Below are positions 55,250 to 64,000 of a DNA stretch of 64,000 nucleotides, one piece after another. Under the pieces are notes generated by a model. The model searched no databases. It was not told the origin of the DNA and saw only the letters and a list, made by a program, of their open reading frames with translations. The number at the start of each line of letters is the position of its first letter. Positions within the stretch are counted from its first letter, which is position 1. Made by a program: the position numbers and the translations under genes. Source of the stretch: Fimicolochytrium jonesii (lineage: Eukaryota); NCBI RefSeq assembly GCF_025526975.1, contig NW_026515672.1, forward strand, positions 744,001 to 808,000, written 5' to 3'.

Positions 55250-55979
55250 TCACCGCCCCACACTCCTCAGCCCAGCCCGCCTCCCCAGCTCATAAAACGC
55301 CCCACAGCCTTCTCCGACACACACGACGAGCCACGCAACACACAAGCCCATGCTCGTCCGCGTCTTGTCGGCGATCTGCGCAAGCCCATCTAGAAGCTGT
55401 GGTGTGGAGGTCGAGCGGTATTGTGCGGCGGCGGACGCGCTTGTTACTGGCGGAAGCGAGAGTGAGAGGAACCAAGTGATTAGGAGAAGAGTTACGATCT
55501 GTTGGAAGGTAGGAGTATGAGCGGATGAAGTAATCAGGGTTCTGGGGATGCCTACAGATCGAACTTACCCTCAGTATAACGGTTGCCAAGAAACAAGTGA
55601 CCCAAAAGCTGTTCCAACGAACCGACGTTCCAGTAATATCGACTCGCTTCCCTTGAAAAGCTGTAGTTCCCCCATTCCCATTGCCGTTCCCCAGCCGCCT
55701 ATTCCACCCCTTTCGCCTCAATCCCCACCACCTCCGCACCACCATCCCCCCTTCCCACACCTTCGGCATCAATACGGTAAGCACAATGCCCAGCAGTACG
55801 CCCAAACACGTCCGCACGATTCGCAGCAATGCCCGTGGCGGCGACGAGCGATACAACTGGGCATTAAAGCTCTGCGGTGGCTGTAGCGGTGGGGATTCCA
55901 GGATCTGCGTTGTTAGGATGTAGGTGAATGTGAAGAGTGCGAGCTGGATGAGAAGCGCTAGGATGTGGGCCAATGACAT
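55250..55979 (-). CDS. Hypothetical small multi-pass membrane protein (2 exons)
   Basis: Hydrophobic segments in ORF 55979; GTAAGT donor after TVILR, then exon IVTLLLITWFLSLSLP...GLCVAWLVVCVGEG ending in TGA at 55250. Confidence 0.55.
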
Positions 55980-56248
55980 GCTGTCGTGTGTAGGTGGTTA
56001 CGGGTTGTGTTGGGATTGAAAGTGGAAGGTACTGTACGATGGGCTGCGAGGACCGGACGTGAATTCGATGTCCGACAGGCTTACCTAAACGAGAAACGCG
56101 TTGCCTCACGAGACGCGCGTCTGAAACCTCGACACCGCAACTCTCCTTCGTTCTCACCGAACCCTCAGAATCTCTTTCATACCTGTGGAAACCCATTGGA
56201 CCCTTATCACAGACTCAACTTGCGAACTGCAACGCAGCCTACCAAAAA

Positions 56249-56594
56249 ATGAAAAGAGAAAGGGAAGACGATGACGCAGAGCGCAAGGGGTCACAAGAGG
56301 TCCGTACTGCACCTTCATGCCCTTCTTTTGGCAGCATGTTCCTTGTCCGTGAACCATTTGTCCAATGCTCAACAGTCTTCGGCAGGGAGCAGCAGCAAGC
56401 GCGCATCCCCTGCCAGCGGTTACGGTGCTAACGAAGACGCCGCAATCAAGGCACTAGTGATGGCTAAAGTAGACTGGGAAAATGTGACAAGGGTGATCAA
56501 CCAGCTGTTTGGAACCAACAGAAGCCGCCAGGCCGTGTACCGGCATTGGTTGCGCAACCTTAAGGGTGGGATGCCGCCTGGATGGGGTGCATGA
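56249..56594 (+). CDS. Small (~90 aa) Myb/SANT-like protein, 2 exons
   Basis: MKREREDDDAERKGSQE|SSAGSSSKRASPASGYGANEDAAIKALVMAKVDWENVTRVINQLFGTNRSRQAVYRHWLRNLK has Myb spacing Y...ED......W..V.......RS......HW...L. Confidence 0.6.
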
Positions 56595-56914
56595 TGGGTT
56601 GACAACAATGCTTATGTTCCGAAGTACGTTTCCAACTTTGTCGGCTGTACATTGCGCGAGGCGTCAAGAACGGTTGCTACACATATCCCCTCTTCCAGTT
56701 TGACTTCGTCAGTCATTCATATACCCCAACCCATTCACCCAACGACAGGTCTCATCAAAGCAAAGGCGGTTCCCTTCGAGATCGGCATCACTCGTTTTAC
56801 TTTACCCGAGAAGCATTACTGCATTAGGGCGCCCAGTGCATCCCGTGCCATGGTTCTAGCCATTTTGTTTGAATTCCCCCAAAAATTAGTTCTAGAACAA
56901 AGTAGGCGTATATT

Positions 56915-58301
56915 CTATCGCTCCTCAAAGCACCACGATATAAGATCTGTCAATGTGACGACGCCATACACCCCACCGTTGTCATCGACAAAGAAAAGGT
57001 GGTGGACCGTATTCACCACCATAATCCGCAGCAGGTCGCGCAGCGTCATGTCGATGTTGCCCGTCATGTAGGTGGCTGTGATGAGTTGGAGGAATTTGGA
57101 GACGGAAAGGAAAAGATTATCGACGTTGTCTGTTGCGAGTGTCTGTAATGTGTGTGGTATAAATATCACATTGGAACATGCGATGCCACGGAAATTCATC
57201 CGACCTTCAAATGCCTAACAGTCATCATTCCATTCATGACTCCTTGCTTATTGACGATCGGAACAGCAGTGACGTTGCGATTCCGCATTTCTTGCAGTAC
57301 TTCCATTGTGGATAACGCGTCGCTACACGTAAAAACCGGTGCAGTCGGCAACAGTCCCAGCTCTCTGATGGTCTTATCTGGCTCCCTTTGTAATCTGTCG
57401 AGATTGAGGAGCGCAAACTCCACCAGGTTCGTTTGTGTCACGAGCTGCGTGAGATGCTCATTCGTGTCCATCAGGGCCAATCGATATGTTCCAGTTTCCT
57501 TCATCAGGTTCAGCACGTCTGGTATCGATGCCGATGTGGGGATAGTGTGGGTTGGGTTCTGCGCAGAAAAGTCTAGGTCCAAGGATTAGAAAGCGGTGCG
57601 GGTTCAACGAGCGCGAGCCCCAGCTCACCTGCAAGCTGATCGCAAGTCACTCTCAGTAACACGTCGACATTCTCAATAAACTTCTTCTCGCCGAGTTGGA
57701 CAAACGAATTCGTGATGAACGTGGACTTTGGAAAGGCAGCAGACAATTGATAAGATTTTCTGAGACCGACGCAACCACAGCTTCCTTCGAGCTCTACATT
57801 AGACGGGAAACGAAACAGATAGGCTGCAAGGGGCACTCCGAAGGCGTACACTCACGATATCCACCACGTCCACTAATTGGAAGTCTGAGAATTGGAAGGG
57901 TAAGTCAGCTAGAAGTTACGAGGTCGAGGATTCGAGACAACTGCACACCTTTGTCACCGGCATTGCGGAGTATAGGAGCGCATGATATTTTCTTTCGCCG
58001 GAACGTCTGGAGCGCAAAAGTGCCAATTCGTCAGGTCCTTTCGTCAGGTGGTCGTCAAGAACACTGTCAAAGCCCACCCTCAAGACATCCACCACCGTGT
58101 CTGATGGTAGCACAGTGACAAGCGGGCCTGCGAGGACGAACGAAATAGAGAGAACAGGTGGTGAGATGCTAGGTTTGTACATATCGTTTAGAAACGCATG
58201 AAAAGATACAGACGATTCAGCAGTAACAACTCCTTGATAGGTTTCGACAGGAGGTCGAGTCGTGCTTTTGGCGAATAGAAAGAAGAATGCTCCTGACCCA
58301 T
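56915..58301 (-). CDS. CBS-domain protein (four-CBS, SDS23/AMPK-gamma-like), multi-exon
   Basis: CBS motifs LVTVLPSDTVVDVL, VLNLMKETGTYRLALMD....TQLVTQTNL, EMRNRNVTAVPIVNKQG and VHHLFFVDDNGGVYGVVTLTDLI. Start MGQEHS at 58301. Confidence 0.8.
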
Positions 58302-58573
58302 TGACAAAGCAAATTCGCTTGAACGTAGCGCTGGCACCGGAAACCTTTACAGTGCAACCGTGAAAGCGTATGAACGTTGTAACTTGTGAGTTGTAAGTTG
58401 TCACAGCGCCTGTCTGTCTGTCTGTCGAAAAGGAATGGGGATTCCTGGACCACGATGACAAGGCGTGGCTTGACCGTTACAGCGCGGTGCGGTGAAGAAT
58501 CTTCAAGATTCAGGACCAAGGCACAAGTGACATCTTTTTAGAGGACGACAGGTATAATTTTCAGTAGAAACGT

Positions 58574-60512
58574 ATGGGCTTGTACGAGGACGTGGCAGAG
58601 TGGGTGAAGCTGCCCATAACTGCAGAAGACGGTCAGCCCAGCTATCAACGTCCGATTAGCCCGGCGTTCGAACAGTCGTGGGAAGATCACTTTCGCAATT
58701 GTACGGTCCCGAGCTTTGGCCGCGAGCTGCGACAGAAATACTTCTCAACGCTCGTTGGACTCACTGAAGTTAGCGAGAGGGAGGATTTGGGAAAACCCAT
58801 TGGGACACAGCGTATCCCAGAATCATCCAAGACTAATCCTGCACGGTCATGGCGTCCACCCTTCACATTTTTGGCACACGGGTCATATGGAGCTACCTCT
58901 CAGCCCGTGCTCGATGTCTCCCGGAAGTGGCAACTACAGATGGAAGCCAGCCCTGTGCGCTTCTTCTATGATACCCTATATCCATATCTCGTTCGGTCAG
59001 TCCGAGACGTGGCGGAATTCATTGGCGCTAACCGTGAAAATGTCGTCCTGGTGACGAATGTGGAAGTCGGAATGAACGCAATATTGAGGTATGGTGTAGG
59101 AATCTGCAATCTCGTCACGCACACAGTTCATGTCAAGCGAGATCGGCGTGTCTTAAGAACCAACTTGTGCCCATCAGATCTATACCTTTCCAAAAGGGCG
59201 ATCGCATAATAGCATTCGATGTGACGTACACAGCGGTGCTGCACTCAGTTCAGCACATTTGCGATTTTACCGGCGCCAAACTATCTACTATATCAATGCC
59301 CTTGAGACTCACACCCAGCAATGTGGTGAAGCAGTTGATAGCGTATCTGGAAAATGACAATCCCTCTCCAGATGGAAAGATACATTTGGCGGTGTTCCAG
59401 CATATCACAAGCCCGTCGGGTACGTTTGCATTCAAACCCAAACGACAGGCCCACTGCGTTCCGCTGAAGCATCGACACAGCAATCGTCTTACCAATCGGG
59501 GAACTGATTCGGATATGTCGGCAGTATGGCATTATGGTGATGGTTGATGGCGCACATACAATCGGTATGCCATGTCTGGAGCGCAGGGATTACAGGATGG
59601 CATGAGAGCTGACACCTTCTGGCAGGACAGATCCCGTTGAACCTCGAAGCATTGGGAGCTGATTTTTACGTATCGAACGCACACAAATGGCTTTGTAGTG
59701 CGCGTGGATGCGCTATACTTTGTGGGTAGCTCTGCTTTACACGGGGGATGCTGGAAGTCACCCAACTGCCGCCAACGCTTTCGTTGCAGATTGCAGGCCA
59801 GAACATCATCACCGGATTTTCCCCTTAACAACCACCTGGGGCCATGCAAACAAAATCTCGCTCCTCGCCCGTTTCATATGGCAGGTGAGTAAAATAGACT
59901 TCATCCCATTGAGCCATCATCGCGTGGTAGGACCCACGTTGACATCTATGCCACCAACAGGGAACGGCAGACTATTCGCCATACCTCAGCCTCCCAACCG
60001 CCATACAGTTCCATCAATGGGCAAGCGGGGAAGCAATGATGAAACGCAATCGCGACCTGGCGCTGTGGTGTGGAAAACTATTGAGCAAAGCGTGGGGGAC
60101 TGAGACGCTCGTTGATTGCGATGCAACCGATGGGTGTGGGGTGGAGGCGGACGGGGGTATCATCCAAGGACCACTTGAACAGTGGGAAAGGACCATGACT
60201 GGAAGCATGTGCTCTGTCCGGTTGCCACCCGTTTACACCGAGGATGTCGATTCGAGCGATAAGACCGACATGCCTCCCGCGTTGCTCGCAATTGCGGACA
60301 CACTCTTCCGTGAACACAACATCGAAGTGCCAGCGTTCACCTTCCGCGACAAAAGATATATCCGCGTCTCGCTGCATATGTACAACGATGAGGCGGACTG
60401 TGTACGGTTGGGGCAAGGTGTGATAAAGTGCTTGGGGTATCCCGCGAGTCATCCAGGATGGGGAATTCTGACGACGGCTGGTAGCAAAGACAGCCTATCT
60501 TCCAAATTGTAG
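58574..60512 (+). CDS. PLP-dependent class-V enzyme (L-cysteine desulfhydrase / hercynylcysteine sulfoxide lyase Egt2-like)
   Basis: [50 protein letters not shown] (PLP lysine) and [10 protein letters not shown]. Confidence 0.88.
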
Positions 60513-60799
60513 GACTGGTCTATCGCATAGTGTACTTTAGATCAAGCTTTCATCGCTTGCATAAGGAGGACGATCCCCTACATCTGATGTGCATCGCTCT
60601 GTGAAACATTCCCCGTTTTAATCGATTTCTAGACCATCTCTACACTGGATATAAAGTGATGGGGAACTCAAGTTCCGGGCATGTCCATCAAGAAGGCACT
60701 TGACATCCCAGGAAAGCGGAGGCACGGCAGAAACTCCTATTCGCTGTTCCTCATGTGAAATCCTACATTGTACTCTATGTGTCATAGCCTACTGCCTAG

Positions 60800-63396
60800 T
60801 CAATCTTCCCAAACATGGTGGTCCAAAGCCAAAGCAAGGAAAGAAAACTTGTCCGTTGCTTCTTCGATCCGCTGCGCGGTGCTCTTCCCTGCTCCGTGGC
60901 CGGCCTTATTGAAAAGGAACGTGGTATGTCAATGAGGAAACATATGAGATACAGAGGTTAAAACAGTAATATAAACCTTGGTTTCAACTCTTTCCAGGAT
61001 AGGCTTCGCGTTGTTTCGAGCTTCGTGTTGTAAGGTTGCGAGCAGCTTATGGGAATGCAGCGGAACACTGGGAAGCAGGCAATGAGATTTGGATAACGAC
61101 GCCGTCAGGGGGAAGTAAAAGAAGACGAAAAACTTACACTCGGTCGTCGTGGTCTCCGGTCGTGATCAAGACAGCAGGGTAAGGCTTGTCCTTTTGCACA
61201 TTGTGAAGAGGGGAGTATCTGTGAGAGTATGGCGGGAGGACAATGAGTATCATGGGAGGAAGCGCAGTCTCAAGATTGAGGGATACAAAGACTTACTTTC
61301 GCACAACTTCAAAATCCTCTTTCTTATCAGGGTTTCCATAATCAGAGACCCACGCGTGCCCAATGGTAAACTTGTGGAACCGGTACATGTCCATCACTCC
61401 GACATCCGCAATTGCGCATCCAAAGAGTTCAGGCGCTTGGTTGATTGAGGCACCGACGAGAAGTCCTCCGTTCGATCCGCCGTTTATGGCCAGCTTGTCC
61501 GGCTTGGTCCATTTGTTGTCGATCAGGTACTTTGCGGCTGCTTGGAAGTCGTCGAACACATTTTGCTTCTTGCCGAGCTTGCCTTGGTCGTACCAGGCTT
61601 CTTGGCCGTATTCACCTCCACCTCGGATGTTGGCAACAGCTACGACACCCTTCATGTGTTGGATGAAGTTCAGCCAGGTCACTGCAAAGGACGGGGTAAT
61701 GGAGATGTTGAAGCCTCCATATGCGTAGAGCAGTGTTGCATTGTTCGAGTCTTGCTTCGCGTCTTTGCGAGAAATGATGTACATAGGCACCTTGGTTCCA
61801 TCTTTACTCGTGAAGAATATTTGCTTCGTCTCCAAGATATCAGCCTTGAGTCCGTTGACTTTCGTCTCACGAAACACGGAATGCTTCGAGGTCTCAAAGT
61901 CGTAACGGTGGATTGACCCCGGCGTGATGAAAGAGGAGAAGGAATAGAAAATTTCCTTGTCTTCCTTTCGTCCCGAGAGAGATCCAATGATGGATCCGAG
62001 AGGAAGGGGAAGTTCTTTGGGTTCTAGGTCTTTTCCGGTGTGCAGCGCATGCAGTCTAGCAACATGCTTGACGTCGTGGAGGTACACAAGGATCAGCTTG
62101 TCCTCGTTGACGACGCGCGCTTGCGTCAACACGTCCTCGCTTTGTGCAATGACTTCCGCGAAGCCTTTTTCGGGATGAGCCAAGTCGTACTTGACAATGC
62201 GACGCTTCGGGGCTTCCAATGTGGTTTGGAACCAGAACACAGTGCCCTCGTTTGCAACGTAGTCCCACTCTGCAGTGAATTCGTCAACGACCTTGATCAT
62301 CTCAAAATCACCAGTGACTTCCTCTTTGCCCGTCTTTGCAAACGTTTTCGCAAAGTCAACAATGTACAGCTTCCTCTCCGGGTCACAACCACGTATGACC
62401 GTGATAACGAGGTATTTTCCGTCGTCCGACACTTCGGCTCCGACCATGTGTTCAGGATCTTCAGGTTTAAAGATCACGATATCCTGGCTTTGTGGAGTGC
62501 CGATCTTGTGATAGTACAAAGCAGCGTTTTTGTTGGAGTCCGTCTCGGTGCCCTTGTCCGTATCCCTCTCGGGCTTGGGGTACCGAGAGTAGAAGAAACC
62601 TTTGTCGTCATGGGTCCATTCCAATCCCGTGAATTTGGCCCACTCAAGTGGCTTCTCCTCGTAGTTCTCCTTCGATCCTGGCTGGGTTTCACGGACATGA
62701 ACGCTGACCCAATCACTTCCGCTAGCAGATAAGCCATAAGCGAAGAACTTTCCAGACTTTGAGAAGCCATAGGTGTTCAGAGACACTGTGCCGTCGTCTG
62801 AGAGTTTGTTGGGATCCAAGAACGTCTTTGCTTCGGCATCTAGGGATTCCTGCTGGTACAGCACCGACTGGGCTTGTAAACCGCTGTTATGGAAGTAGTA
62901 ATATTTGTCGCCGCGCTTGAACGGACAGCCGAACTTCTCGAAGTTCCACAGGTTGGTGAGCTTCTGCTTAAAAGTCTCCCGCTTAGGATAATTCCCGATG
63001 TAATCGAAGAAGAGCTTATTCTGTGCCTCTACAAAGACCTATATTTGGACGAGTCTGGTCAGGAAGGCAGCAATGGCATGACATATGCGATCTACAGCAC
63101 CGCGGTGAACGTGAAGGCTAATCTTGTTCGAGCGCGCTTACTTTGGTTTCCTCCGAGTCGGGGTCTTCCAGCCATCTGTACGGGTCGGCAACCTTATGAC
63201 CGTGCAAGGTCTCAACGGTATCGTCCCGTCGAACAGATGGATAACCGAACGGGCCGTTGGCGGTCGCGGAAGACGACATGGTTCTGGGACTGGCGAGCAA
63301 CGGAGCTATTAGTCTGGACGGCGCTGCAACTCGTGAGGCGGAAGCAAGGCTTGAGATGTGAAGGGGCTTTAGAATTCTGCAGAAATGAGCAGTCAT
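60800..63396 (-). CDS. Prolyl oligopeptidase (peptidase S9A), multi-exon
   Basis: [10 protein letters not shown], catalytic Ser in GGSNGGLL, Asp in GDHDDRVVPLHS and His in KAGHGAGKS. The last exon ends ...HHVWED* at 60800. Confidence 0.96.
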
Positions 63397-64000
63397 TGAT
63401 CCATTCGGGTCAACGTTCGATTTGGTCAAATTGACTAGTTAACGAAAGAATTGAAGTTAACGGAGGTTCCGACCCACTTGATGAAACTTACACTTTACGC
63501 ACTCAAGACCGTAATCTTCTGTTGGAGGTAATTGATCTTTAAGGAAGGCGGAGTTGGAACCTCGGAAGGTGCGTGGACCAGCTGGTGCGGCGACAGGCGC
63601 GTCGACCGTTGGAGCTCGACGTTGGCCGCATTTCCCATAGCTTCATACCGTACAGGTGGCTCTCACTGCCGCATTGAGAGTTCAAATAGGTGGAAGATCC
63701 TTCCAAACATATGTATTCGAAGAGCGGAAACCAATCAGAGCACAAACATCAAACGAGATTATAAGCACAAGATCCCATCAAGGTCGGATTGAAGGTAGGA
63801 TTGAAAAATGGTGAAGTCCCACTACATGTAAGGTACAGTACTGGGGCCATAATAGGGTCGTCCGTGAGCTATCCAACTTCACATCATACTAAGATGTGCT
63901 GACATGTCAAAGGTGTCTCTTCCGTAGCGCTCCAAGTACGTCAAACGGTGAGGGCTACGATCGGTGGATGGACAGCGATTGAAGGACGTCCAAGGACCAA

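Noticed and set aside
60800..63396. POP as a RiPP macrocyclase (POPB-like) in a cyclic-peptide cluster
   Set aside because: No precursor peptide with repeated cores or tailoring genes nearby; context is housekeeping.

Overview
Gene-dense eukaryotic genomic DNA with short spliceosomal introns (mostly GT-AG, CTAAC/CTGAC branch points). Gene content and style point to an early-diverging fungus, probably a chytrid (inference). About 24 protein-coding genes can be reconstructed by manual splicing. Recognisable ones are: twinfilin (5' part, absent from the ORF track, with a GC-AG intron), DNA polymerase delta POL3, a DUF4396 membrane protein, EMC10, HAT1, the serine palmitoyltransferase small subunit, a GT-A glycosyltransferase, RPB10, SPC1, INO80, SIW14, a small Myb-like protein, a CBS-domain protein, an Egt2/cysteine-desulfhydrase-like PLP enzyme and prolyl oligopeptidase. 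Several orphan genes are also present. Two adjacent genes stand out. One encodes a strongly codon-biased ~3,686-aa single-pass membrane protein built from roughly 20 tandem ~150-aa LEA_2/DUF3712(Tag1)-like repeats. The other encodes a 939-aa hybrid histidine kinase whose sensor resembles the prokaryotic MEDS domain. No rRNA, tRNA, CRISPR array or intact transposon was recognised. Exon boundaries were read by eye and family calls rest on recalled motifs, not database searches.
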